From Trichoplax sp. H2 (lineage: Eukaryota), in NCBI GenBank assembly GCA_003344405.1, contig NOWV01000164.1:1-64000 (forward strand): a DNA stretch of 64,000 nucleotides. Reading direction: 5' to 3'. This document shows positions 24,926 through 41,971 of this stretch, one piece after another (within the stretch, counting starts at the first letter, position 1; every line of letters starts with the position of its first letter). Position numbers and translations under genes: made by a program. The notes under the pieces are model-generated. The model searched no databases and was not told where the DNA came from. It saw only the letters and a program-made list of their open reading frames with translations.

Positions 24926-26279
24926 GGCTACCAAATGTCCAATTAGCGACTGTTTTCACTTTATGGACTGCTAGACTCTGAAATTCCTTTGGACGGACAG
25001 ACATTTGGCTTACTTTGGTCAATAAATTGTGTCCAACACTTCACTACGACAGTACTTTAGTATGGAGACAGTCGATTCGGAATGGACTGATTTTTTCTAA
25101 ATTAACAGTAAGTAATATTACAGTGCATTGTATTGCCTATTATTAAGGACTATTACTAAGCTCTGCTTAGTAACAGTCAGTTTAGATCATGAATGTTATT
25201 CAAATGAATGCGAATGATTTAGAGAACAGCCGCGGAAGATCTCAACTGAGTAGAACTATTTTTCGACATTTTCGGCCTTATTCGATATGAAAAGTCCGTC
25301 CATCCGAGGAAAGTTTCAGGTCTAAGTATTTTTTCTAGTAGCCCATAACTGTACTCAATGAACAGTATACTGTTGGAAGATAGAGTAAAGTTGTATAGTA
25401 AGCATTAAAAGTAGCCTGTATCGCTTGCTCGATCGACCTTAGGGAAGGTTTATCTGTCTGTCTGTAATGTCCGTATCGTATTGCGTTTCGTTACCTTGTT
25501 GCATTTCAGCGACTTCAAGACTACAGTACAGTACAGTTAAAAGAAAATTCTCCTCATTGGTGTACAGTTACAGTAGCGTTCAGTACAGTATAGTACAGTA
25601 CAGTAGTTCAAATGATCTACTGTACATTGTACTGTACTGAGTACAGTACACTGTAAAGAATATACTGTAGCACTGTACTGTACTGTACGCTATACAGAGG
25701 ACTGTATAATAACAGTGCTGTCGATGCTTTCAGTGCTATAGTATCCAGGAGAATGACCAGCAAAATGCGAAAGCTGTAACCTTTTTCTACTGGACACAGT
25801 CTTGTCATGGTCTTGTCCTTTACAGAATATAGTATGACAGTAGACACTTTCACTGCTACCGTATACAGTATAGGAGAATGAACAGGAAAATGCAAAACTA
25901 TGTCCTCTTTCTACCGTATTGTACTGGACTAGTCTTGTCGTGGTCTTGTCCTGTACAGATTATACTATAACAGTAGACGCTTTCACTGCTTCAGTACAGT
26001 ATGCAGTTCAGTATAGGAGAATGACCTAACCTGTGACCTGTTCTACTCAACTACTGCTGGCCACTGAAGAGGAAAACACCCACTTCTACAGTACCGTTTA
26101 AGATACCTTATCCTTCATCGTACTGGGTACAGTATTGGCTGATTTGTCTACAGTCTTTACACTGTGCAGGATTGTACTGTACACGGTAAGAAGAAAAGCA
26201 GCGATACTTTGCTGGTTGAAGTTTGTCGCGTGTGAGACTGTAGTGTGGACCTTTCTACCACTAGTACTGGCTGACAAAG
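24926..26279. promoter_or_regulatory. Head-to-head intergenic region (putative bidirectional promoter) NPRL3/MAGOH, with ACAGT/TACTG tracts and a ~130-140-bp duplication
   Basis: Divergent start codons 1.35 kb apart; pentamer tract ~25520-25710; repeated gtcttgtc(a/g)tggtcttgtcc...cagtagac.ctttcactgct...gtataggagaatga at ~25797 and ~25932. Confidence 0.6.
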
Positions 26280-26717
26280 ATGGCGGACTTTTATCTTCGA
26301 TATTATGTAGGCCATAAAGGGAAATTTGGCCATGAATTTCTTGAATTCGAATTTAGACCCAATGGACTGCTACGCTATGCCAACAATTCTAATTATAAGA
26401 ATGATACGATGATTCGTAAAGAAGTGTTTAGTCATCGCTCGGTGATGAACGAGTTGAAACGGATCGTGGAAGATAGCGAAGTCTTGCGCGAAGATGATTC
26501 CCTATGGCCGCCACCAGATCGTATTGGACGTCAAGAATTAGAAATTGTCAGTGGTGATGATCATATATGCTTTACAACCAGCAAAATTGGTTCACTCATT
26601 GATGTAAATAACTGCAAAGATCCTGATGGCTTACGCGGCTTTTACTATTTGGTTCAAGATCTCAAGTGTTTAGTCTTTTCACTCATTGGCCTTCACTTCA
26701 AAATTAAACCCATCTAA
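26280..26717 (+). CDS. MAGOH: Mago nashi, exon junction complex core protein; CDS has no intron
   Basis: 145-aa [30 protein letters not shown]...[13 protein letters not shown], the highly conserved Mago sequence. Confidence 0.99.
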   Translation: MADFYLRYYVGHKGKFGHEFLEFEFRPNGLLRYANNSNYKNDTMIRKEVFSHRSVMNELKRIVEDSEVLREDDSLWPPPDRIGRQELEIVSGDDHICFTTSKIGSLIDVNNCKDPDGLRGFYYLVQDLKCLVFSLIGLHFKIKPI

Positions 26718-28099
26718 TTTGCATCCATTGCCTGTAGTACGACTTTTTCTAACTATCTTATCTTATCGTTTCCTTTCACTTTTACATAGTCCTATTGTTT
26801 GCTAAAAGAGTAAATACCTGTTAAGGATGCCATTGGCGTTATTCATTTTAGATACAAGATGTGCACATTTCAACGCTACAAAAAGCTTGTACTCTTTCAC
26901 CTCATCGTGCTGACTCGACATGAATGATTGATGCTGTACATTGCAAGAGTACATCGTCATCATGATACTCTACTATGCAGTAATGCTGATGGCTTACCTT
27001 TAGATAGCGACTGATTACTCATGTTTGTACATCCACTGTATTTAAATGGATAGTTGTAACGATAGACTTGAGAGGTAACTCACTCAAGTCACTTTTATAA
27101 TGTAACCATGTTGATGGCTTCTGCCTCTTCCGTTGTCATGGTAGATGCTTATTCTATGTATAAAACGGATCGTTCCAACGTTCTACCAGTTATCTAATGT
27201 TTTCATTCCAAGTCAACTTATTAAAGGTTTCCGTTCTACAGTTGTGGTGTTGTTTACTGTCAATAGGATGTTTTGGACGCTTGCAAATAATTGTAATTTA
27301 ATAACATGACTTACTCTCATTTCAAAGCTAAAAGATGAATAAGGGAACAGCCATAGCAGATACTAAATGGAGTACACACTATAGAGACTATACAGTATGT
27401 AGTATGCCATATCTTCTTACCTTTTATCCCAGTTGGATATTGTTGTCAGATTCTGTATTTTTCTAGCTATTTTGATAGCAAAAGAATGCGATATGCTTTT
27501 CAATGATGCTCTGTAGTGTCTGTCTTTACTGCCATGTAATTATCATGCACGTTCGTTTAGATGGTTTTCGATATCTTTTACCATTATCATCAGCTAAGAA
27601 ATTGAAAGTCAGTACAAGTAGTATTTTGACCTATTTTTTGGGATAAGGATCCCTTTGCAAGATTTCGATATTGTTGGTCGATGGGTTTAAAATGAACTTA
27701 CTGCAGTAGTAGTATTGAATGCTTGTGTTCAAAACTTTGGGGCCACTGTGGCAATTGCTTCCTGTAAACTTTTCATCGATTTCAAGTTGCCAAACCTGAC
27801 TGCACAATATATCCAACTACGCACTCTACATAACGTACTACTGTATATGCCAAGGATTTACGCTAGGGATTGTTGGATCTATTCTCACAAGTCGCTAACT
27901 GACTTTTCAAATATGCTTCTAATCAAGCTTGGAGCGCCTAGACTTTATTGCAGTCTTTTTAACTCTACCAATTTGCAATGACAAGAATATGAGCTATTAC
28001 ATACGGTATACTAAAATACCCGTTAAATATGTAGTTGTAGTCTATCTTGCTAGCGATAACCAGCTAAAGACTCAAATGAAAAGACTGCTATGTTATTCA

Positions 28100-29420
28100 T
28101 GCTTACAAGCTCATTTTTACTCACGAGCAAATACTCCGTGAATATCTACCCAAGAGTCCATCTTGCAAGTCATGCATGAAAGACTGGTAGACTATTCATT
28201 CTTGCAGCTTGATTTCACTCATAAGTACGGTAAAATACTCCATCAGATTCTATCAGTAGTCCGCCTTGCAAGTTATGACCGGCTAGTTTCAGTCGATACT
28301 CTAGAGCATCATGAAAGATTGGTACGCTAGTCACTATTGATTTTACTCACAAGTGAAATACTCCACGAGTGTACCATTAATCCAACGTGCAAATTAGAAT
28401 TGGCTGCTATCAGCCAAGACTCCAATCATGAAAGACCGACCTATTGGCTGTTGCAACTTGATTTCACTCACATGTCTATAAGTAAATTACTTTCAGGGTG
28501 GCCGTCTACCAGTAGTCAATCTTGGAAGTAATGACCGGCTGCAAGGACTAATAAGAGAAAAATTCCTTTTTCTAGTAGTTCTCGCCGGCTCATCAATGTC
28601 AAGACTGTATAGGTGTAGTTATGAAGAATGCCACGCTATTGACTTAAAGACTTGTTATTACTCACGAGCATAGTGTAAAATACTCCAATCTACTCGTATG
28701 ACTGCTATCAGTTAAAATTCTAATCATAAAAGCTGGTACACTATGAACTGTGTAGTCACTGCATGCTATCCACTGCTGTAACTTTTACTTTACTCACAAG
28801 TGTCTATCAGCAGTCCATTTTGTAATAATTAAGACTCTAAATTAAAGACTAATGCGTTATTAACAATATGACTTGATTTGACTTACCGAGTAAAATACTC
28901 GCAACCATCAGCTTATCTAGTAAGCTATGACTAGCTGGTATCAGCCAAGGCTCTAAATTAAAAAATTGTAACGCCATCAACTGTTTAGTAACTGGAAGCT
29001 ATCTCCTGTTGTAAATTCATTTCATTTACAATTAAATACGCCACCAGAGTCTTCTACTACTTGTCCAATGTTCATCTTGCCAGCGATGAATGTTTGGTAT
29101 CGGTTAAAAACTGTAAATTAATTGAAAGACTGGTACATCGTGAACTATTTGGTGACCGTAAGCTGTCCCGTCATGACTCATGAGTGATTGGTATCAGCAA
29201 AGACTCCAAATAGATAAAACTAGTACGCTGTTAACTATCGAGTAACCCTGCAGTATTCACCGTTGCGACTTGATTTCACACACAATTGCCACAAATAAAA
29301 TATACCATCAGTATTTACCAGTGCAAGTAATAACCGACTGGTATCAGCCAATAGTCACAAAGAAAAGCCTACTGTACCACTGTAAGAATTGTTCTAACTT
29401 TATTTCACTCACTTTATGGA
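28100..29420. repeat. Degenerate tandem array, ~10 copies of ~110-190 bp
   Basis: Recurrent motifs ttt(c/t)actcac.ag...aaatactcc...ttgcaagt.atgac...tggtatcagc.aagactc...gaaagactggta near 28115, 28210, 28339, 28460, 28653, 28789, 28880, 29020, 29272 and 29401. Confidence 0.75.
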
Positions 29421-29877
29421 GTGTAATATTTCATTATCGCATTCTACTGTAGAATATAGAATAATATATATATACATAAATATAATAATAAACCACTATA
29501 CTCAACAATACTCAATCATGATTATATACAAAATTTGACAGTAGACATAGAAACGCGATACTAACATAACCGTACTTTTCAAATATTCTCATCATGAAGA
29601 ACAAGAAATACAACAAGTTAGGGTTAGTAGAGCTTGATAAAGTTACCAAGTCACGACATTTCCAGGTCATTTCAATTTCGCATAATTGAATCATTCCTTA
29701 GTTGGTTATACAGTAACAAACTGAAATGTTAGTGTTGGCTACTGTTCGCTACATTGTTGCACAGATAAGACTTTCAAGACAACATCTAGTTACACAGTTA
29801 GAAAATATCTTATAGAGACGTGATTTTCGTTAATATAAAAACCATTGACAGATGCGCGCATCATTCTATTGAAGTAG

Positions 29878-29921
29878 TCTATATAAGTGTATATATATCT
29901 ATATATATATATGTATATATA
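29878..29921. repeat. Imperfect (TA)n microsatellite
   Basis: tatatatctatatatatatatgtatatatat tract. Confidence 0.8.
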
Positions 29922-31096
29922 TTATGGATATCTTAAATTGACGTGCGTCTTAGCAATGATGGATAGGTTATATAATAAAATATCTGTTAAGAATTGTCAT
30001 CCATGGATTACATATATGCTTTCATTGACCAACTGATGGACTCAATGCACAACCAAAGTGACACATTGTAATCTTACTCAAGATAGCCTACTATTGAATT
30101 AAAAACATTTCCATTGCTTTGATTAGTAAATTAGACAGCCTGTTGCCAACGGGTGTTGAAGATAGAAATACCTTCGTTTTCATTCTATTCCATCTTCCAA
30201 AGTTGGAACAGATATGTAACATACAAGTCACGAAAGCTCAAGGCTGTAATGAATTATATAACTAATATACGATCAAGATGTAGAAGTTGATGTCGGATAA
30301 TCCGGTAGAAGTGTAGTTAATGCGACCGCAGACCAGGAATGATGACATGAAAGCCGGATAGCATGAAATGCCACACCATTCCTGTAGATTATTTTAAAAC
30401 TGCAAGTTGATGCATAAAGCACAGTATCAGGAACAATCATGCCTCCTGTACAACTTCATTGTATTATGCAAATGTTTGAGGTCAAAGTGAACTTATAAAA
30501 AAAGAGTAATGTACACTATACAGTATAAGGCATAAACGATTAGACGTTTTGTCGATTTGAAATATCAATCTGAATACCATCCTGTTCAATTCTGAATGTA
30601 ACCGAGTTCGTTCCTATTGTACAGGTCTACCAAATTGGTCAATCGTGATAATAATCATCGTAATAATAATAAAGTACAGTATATTAACAAAGACAGACCT
30701 ATTTTTCTATGCTACTACTTCATTTTGTAAAATATCAATAAAAAAGATGTAATCGATTGAAGGTCTTGCAGGAAAGAAGCTTGCATAGAGTAGACCAAAA
30801 TCAATCATAAGTAATGTTGGATTCTGTATATCCATACATGCTATTCTAAAGAGTGATGATCATCTCCTATCCATCAACATGTCCATGTCAATGAAGTCAT
30901 TGATTTTTCATGGTGTAGAAGCAATTCCAATGCTCCCCGTAGTCTTTTACAATCATTTTCTTACCTTGACATCCACACGATGTACCAATGCCGTTCCATT
31001 GGTCAGTAAAACTATGGCAAGAAAGGGCTACGACTGGGATTATGAAGCTTACATGACCCAATAGACATGAAGATGGATTGTCGTTCTTGGTATTGG

Positions 31097-34000
31097 TTAC
31101 AAAGCTACTGCTGTGAAGCTATTCCGATTGGGTTTAGCCATTTGTTTTCGATTTTTCTTCCGTGTCAATTCACATAACTGATGCATCCCTTCCTGAATGC
31201 CATTGCCATTTCGAGCACAAGTTGGTTGGACATGCCAAGGCCGATTGCTTGTCAATTCTTTCAAGGATAGCATTCTCGCTACGGTCATGGGTGATAACGC
31301 TCCAGGAATATCTTGCTTATTGGCTAAGATTAATATGGGTACATGTGCCATACCTGGACTTTTGCCAATGGCTAACAGTTCATGCTTGGCTTCTTCCATT
31401 CTTAATTCATCAGAGCTATCCACAACAAAGACGATGCCATCACAGTCGCGTAGGTAGGATTTCCAAAGTGGTCGTTGTTTGTCATTGCCACCAACATCCC
31501 AAATTTTCATTTTCTTTTTGCTGATGGTGACATTTTCAACATTAAAGCTGAGAGTCGGCTTTGTTTCGAAAAATTCGCCATATTTTAAACGATATAAAAT
31601 GGCCGTTTTGCCGGAGTTATCGAGTCCTATAGACATCAATGATTATCCAGTTAGATATACGACAAGTGACAATGGGCATCGCATCAATTGACAGTGCTGT
31701 ACCACTCTCTCTCCTACGGTCAATGTCGGGCATGAGATTGAAAATTTCATTTGGAAACAGAGACGGTACATTATATTGTCGTTTATCGACAAAACTTTCT
31801 ATCTACCTACTTACAGATGTAACGACAAGAGGTTTGCATGGGTTTAAACTCGTATAACCGGCTGTAGAAAAAAAATCTAGTACAAGTGTTGTAACAAGGC
31901 GATAATGGCTATGGATATTGCCAAGAGCATTTTTTCTTTTTTCAGCGACATTATTGCTCGACGAAAGCAATACAGTACTTTACCCTAGAATATGGCAGTC
32001 GATTTTCAGCCTTTTGTATTATCTCTCGCATGGACTATTGAGTCATCCATGCCTGTAGCAAAAGAAGAAGAAAACTAGCTGCCTAAAAGGATAGTCAGGA
32101 AGCATACTATAGTGGAATACAACGTATAGCCTCCGCAGTTCCTGGATACTGTCCTCCACTACGATGCAGTCCCTGGTACCACCAAGAAGAGCAAAGAATT
32201 TATTTGCCATGGAGTGGTACCCTCATTTTTCTGGCTAAACACTCATAGAATAAGGAGTTTCTCATAAAGTGACTCGATTGCTCTACAATCTCTTCTTGAC
32301 TCATATCGATGAATAGCAAAATTTTGCTCAAGCCATTGATCTATTTCATGCCCACTATCAAAGGGTTTATTAAAATTAAGTTAATTAAGATTCGAAAGTA
32401 ATTCAAAGCATGTTGTAAGAAATACACTAGACATGGAGAGTACTGTATTATACGAGGCGGACCTTCGACTGCAGCTAAAATTTTTTATTTCAATACATTG
32501 ATTACAATTAAGCCATTAAATTAACACAAAAGGAAAATAATAATGTCAGTCTTGTATGATTTTTACATAACTGTCAAGGTAATAACAAGAACTTGAATAC
32601 AGTAACATATTTTCACTTGTTTTGGCTACTGTTAGCGGGAGGGAGGGTAAATGGGGAATGAGTATTTTATGTTCTATTCGTATCAGAGAAATGCCATGGA
32701 AAACAAAAGCTTCTTTCACATCCTCTCTTACAGTAGAATCCATTCTTCCATTCCTTTACGGTATCAGCAGTTCAAGTCGCTTAATCCAGCTTGTAGCTGA
32801 TGGCACTACTAAGGCATAAAGTTTGGCAGAATGAGCAGGATTGGTAGTGAATCTCGACCTATTTCCTTTTTCATTCCCTTCTAACTATCCTTTGAGCACT
32901 TGTGAAACGCTGATAAATCGGTAATCGTTTCGTTGAAAGCGATTGCAATCAAGCAAGACAAAACTGTTTTGCCAAAACATGTATCCACATTTCTTGACGG
33001 TCAAGCAATCCCGTACGTCAAAGAAAAAGGGCAAAAAAAGGCAACTTGTAGTAAATTGCTATCCGTAGTGGACTACGGTAGTGATTCTCATGATTGAGAT
33101 TTGAGAATACCCTCTTTGTCCATCGCCACTAAAGTGATCGATGAGTCGATAATATTAATCGCTATAGAGTAATTAAAATTATCCGCGCTTTAACGCAATC
33201 CCTCCCCATTTATTGACAACTTTTTCCCTATATTGATATAAAATAATATTACCTTGTTTGACTATAAATCCATGCCTATTCTAAGATGGTTTTGATCGGT
33301 TGGCTCTCGATTCTACATACGCGTATCAACTATAAACAACCATAAAAGACTAGGGTTCAAGATCCAGGCTATTCAAGTCCAGTTTGACCAAAACATAAAG
33401 CGATTGCTGTACAAAATAAATTTGTATTTCCTTGCCACTGGAGAAGTGATGATTACATGATTCTATTCAGGGCAATAATGATTTTTTTTGCTCTTTGGAT
33501 CGTGTCCAACCTATAATTTAATGATAGTCTAGGGTAATTTCGCATGTCCTTTAACTACTTTCAGTCTTTTTAATCCATTTCCTACATACTTTATGACTCT
33601 TGTCATCTATGCTCCAAATGTATCAATGTACTGTCATGGTGCTGTATACGTGTACTCGTTTGAACAGTAACAAACTTCTTGAATACTACGCCGTGGAGAA
33701 CATTACAACTTTTCTTCCAAAATGGAAAATAAATGGGGGAGAGTAAGGTACATTTGTTCTCAAGTAGGAGAGGAGAGGTGGGAAGTTTAGCGATTCTTTG
33801 CTCTTTAAATTTGTTTTTCTCCAAGATAAACTACTGTCCATTTTTGGGCCATGAATCCACGGCAATGTTATTACCGGCGCATCGCTATAGAACGCCGGTA
33901 TGTCCCATGGAAATGTTGATCCATTTCCTTCGCCTCCATCATCAGTTATTCAACAGACATCAAGTTTATTGATGTCCTCGACACACAGTTTGAATCAAAT

Positions 34001-34556
34001 TCATGTTGTCAAGCGTTGTTTACTCACCCTCCATTTCTTCGTCCATCGACTACAATCGATTAACTGAAGGAAAAATGCAATACTAGCCTAGTCCACTTTG
34101 ACCCTATCGGCCATTGCTGTGCATGGGCACCAGGGCCCATAGAAAGAATCTATCGTGATCCAAAAATGGGGTCAAGATCGGATCGGCTCTTTCCCTTTTA
34201 ACAAGGAAAAAGAATGAAGGAAACAATCTGTCTGCCTCTAGCAAGGAAAGAATTGGGTCAAGGAGAAGAAAGATGCAATCGGTATTTCTATCGATGTTGA
34301 CAGTCGTGTTGACTCCAAGTTGTCATCAAGATGTTAACATCAACATTTGAAAATGCGATGGCTCTACCCCTTTGCGATCAAACCGTCTCGACTAGCGTAG
34401 AACAAGTGAAAAAAACAATAAAAAATATTCATCCTATAACAAGAATGATGGTTTGTTTTCCTTACCAATTATAACGATATGGGCAGGCTTTCCAGGCAAA
34501 ATAGCCGTGAATCTTCCATTACCTCCCGACGACATACAAGAAAGGTAGCTTCCCAT
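31097..34556 (-). CDS. ARL4: ARL4-like Arf-family small GTPase, 2 exons, 206 aa
   Basis: Exon 1 34556-34466 MGSYLSCMSSGGNGRFTAILPGKPAHIVII-G|gtaag joins tatag|GA at 31626, giving HIVIIGLDNSGKT. Also WDVGG, RPLWKSY, ANKQD, CA motif, basic C-tail RKKNRK and MGxxxS myristoylation motif. 91+530 nt = 207 codons. Subfamily assignment is from motifs. Confidence 0.85.
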
Positions 34557-34989
34557 GTTGTCCTCATTTCTTGCTCGCCAACCCTGCCTACGTGTGACTA
34601 GTCCCTTACTATTTTCTCAACTGCTTCGTCTTGCTTTCCACACCGTTAATAGCACCACCACGGGCAGAGAATATCAATGAATTGCTTGCTTCAAGGCCAA
34701 TGGTGATAGAATCTGATCTATTTACTTAACTAGCAAAGGTGATGAAAATAATCTTCCAATGCTAGGCGATGATCAGCGCAACCTTGTCCACCTCTAGTCC
34801 TCAATCGTCGGCGAGCGACTACGCCTGCTGTATCATTAAGTATGACTCATGAGTACTGAATGGCCGTCCGTCCTGTCCACAGCCTACCGTAGTGCACACA
34901 ATCGCTTGCTAAACGGTACTGTACACTGTAGTCGTGATGTACAGTACTGTACTGCACTATTGGACCACTAGTCCACTACACTCTATGGA

Positions 34990-35572
34990 GATTTCATTTT
35001 TCTTGTTTTTGTCGTCCATGACCAGGCCGGCCATTAGCATGGACTACTCAAGCAGTAAACTGCTGAAAAATACATTATCATTTCGGACAAGAAGTCCCTA
35101 GGGTGGTCGATGGTGGGGATTTGCAAACAGCCCAAGTGAAAATTTGAGACTGGAGCGACTAAGTCGGTTGGTAGACTATGCTCAATGAAGATTTTCTTCT
35201 GCTTTTTGTCGTCTATGACCAGGCCGGCCATTAGCATGGACTACTCAAGCAGTAAACTGCTGAAAAATACATTATCATTTCGGACAAGAAGTCCTTAGGG
35301 TGGTCGATGGTGGGGATTTGCAAACAGCCCAAGTGAAAATTTGAGACTGGAGCGACTAAGTCGGTTGGTAGACTATGCTCAATGAAGATTTTCTTCTGCT
35401 TTTTGTCGTCTATGACCAGGCCGGCCATTAGCATGGACTACTCAAGCTGTAAACTACCGAAAAATACTGTACACTATCATATCTGACAATAAGCCCCTAG
35501 GGTGATCTATGGTGGGGATTTGCAAACAACACAAGTGAAAATGTGGGACTGGAGCGACCAAGTGCATTGGTA
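34990..35572. repeat. Tandem repeat, ~3 x 197 bp
   Basis: tgaccaggccggccattagcatggactactcaagc... at ~35019, 35216 and 35413. First two copies are near identical, third diverged. Produces twin spurious ORFs 197 bp apart. Confidence 0.95.
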
Positions 35573-37510
35573 AAAAGTTCCCGGTATAGTAAAGTGACCA
35601 CAAAAAAGTCGACCCTTGCATTTTTTACCGATAAATGGTCGGTTGCTGTCCCTCCCTTTTTAACTTAGCGTAAGAAAAGAGAGATACTACTGTACGCTAG
35701 ACATAGAGATACATCATTTATCTCCGATCTCTTTCTTCAAATGCCTTTCAGAATAGGGAGTAGTAAATAGGACAAGAAAGAGATACAGCATGACAGTCTG
35801 CAATGAAAGCGTCGACGTAGTACTGTAGTCTGTTAGTCTGCATCTACGCGTATCTTATCTCTTTCTTAAATGGCTTTCAAAATAGGGAGTATGAAAACAA
35901 GACGAGAAAGAGAGAGAGACTGCCACCGACTCTCCTTTGGCAAAAAAGACGACCTGGCTGACAGATTGAGTTGGTCATGCCTACTGAACATTGTACAGTG
36001 TTGTAGTCTGTACTGTATCGTAGAATATTAAGAACTTGAAATGGTGTATTCTCATACTAAAACCAGGCAAGAAGAGAGAGACGGGTAGCAACTTTCTTGG
36101 CCAAAAATGGGCAGCCTGACTCTTGAGCTGGCCATTTCAGTTGTACACTACATCAGTACTCTAGATGCCTACAACTACTCAATGAGTAGTGGCCGGTGTA
36201 CTGCACCATGAAACAAAACATTAGCTACAGTTGACGATTAAATATACAGTAGAAGGAGCCACCAAGTTGGTTATGCTTCTAGGCTACTACTGCAACTGCA
36301 ATCACTTTCATATTGTAGTGGAAGTTATCGAGATAGAAGAAAACTTTCTTCCTGTATATCTGTCACAACACTAGCGTAGTTCCGTGCAAGATTGCAGAAA
36401 TAAACTGGACCCCGCATCGTTTCGTATATCCATCATCGATCTCACTCATCAATTCACCATGACCCTCCATAACAGATATTAATACAAGTCAGTACCTAGG
36501 TTAATTGCTAACCTCGTCTATGACTTACTGACATGAAAGCAACTGTATTACTATTGATTATATTATGCTGTACAAGTAATCACTTACTTCAGAAATTCGC
36601 TTTAACTGCAGATTGCCGTTTGAAACGCAAGTCTTCAATCAACTTACAATTTGATTGGAAAGAGTGATGCAAGTGCACAATCAATAGGATCAGTTGTTAT
36701 GACAGATCAAAAAAAGCGATAAAATCGGCCCATTAGCATCAACCATAACGCTATAATCAAACTTCAAACGTGACCTAGTTCACTTTCACAATCGACGATA
36801 TAGAACAAATCGACCATGCCAATTCGTATTTCACAATGCAATAATATCACTTTATTTTCCTAAAATACAGTCGATGCGGATAGGTAGGATGAAATGATTT
36901 TAGTTAATTATATCCAGTGGCCTAATAAAGCATACTTTCAGTACTATAGAACTGGCCCATTCAATAGCGGATTAATATTAGATTCAAAAATAGCAAAAGT
37001 TGTCATAGTAAATGGTCAATTGCATAAAATACTGTTAAATTAGAGCAAAAAAATTTCTCGATAATAATGACCATCTATCAAACAAGTGATAATTGTGTAA
37101 ATGGTTATATTATATCATTATATAACGCTAACAACAGCCTAGACTGCTTCTTCGGACTGCAATATTCCATGGCAAATGGTGATCAATTCAGTGATTCCAT
37201 TATAATTAGTTATCAAAAGACAACGTCATAACCATAAAAACACTATTAATTACAGAAAGAAAATTTCATAGCAAAAAGCACAAAAAGAGAGATAACGATG
37301 TGAAAAGTCATGTTGTTAAGCATATTAAATGCTTACAACCGCCAAGCTTATTCAATGCATTTCCGAAAATGACCTATTCAAAATATTGTAATATTTCAGA
37401 GTCAACAATAATCATTGCATTAGAATGCTTTGACTTGCCATAATACAGTCAACTTTTTCAATCATTATCATCTACGGTGCTCGTATTACAATGCAAAAAT
37501 GCGTCTAATT

Positions 37511-41971
<4,461 letters not shown>

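Noticed and set aside
25617-25895. ORFs rich in YSTVQ (also 53891-54248)
   Set aside because: Translations of ACAGT pentamer tracts.
28100-29420. CRISPR-like appearance of recurring motifs with variable intervening sequence (also 43065-43582 and 45940-46430)
   Set aside because: Eukaryotic context, no cas genes, repeats not identical, and the intervening sequences are homologous to each other.
31627-31639. ORF-track start (MMSIGLD) for the Arf-like gene
   Set aside because: Lacks the myristoylated N-terminus; lies in the intron acceptor, and the true exon 1 is at 34556-34466.
31162-31691. Plus-strand ORFs overlapping ARL4; likewise antisense ORFs at 6023-6484, 39971-40270 and others
   Set aside because: Shadow ORFs opposite well-supported coding exons.
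35034-35434. Twin 67-aa ORFs MLMAGLVIDDKK...
   Set aside because: By-product of the 197-bp tandem repeat; no recognisable protein.
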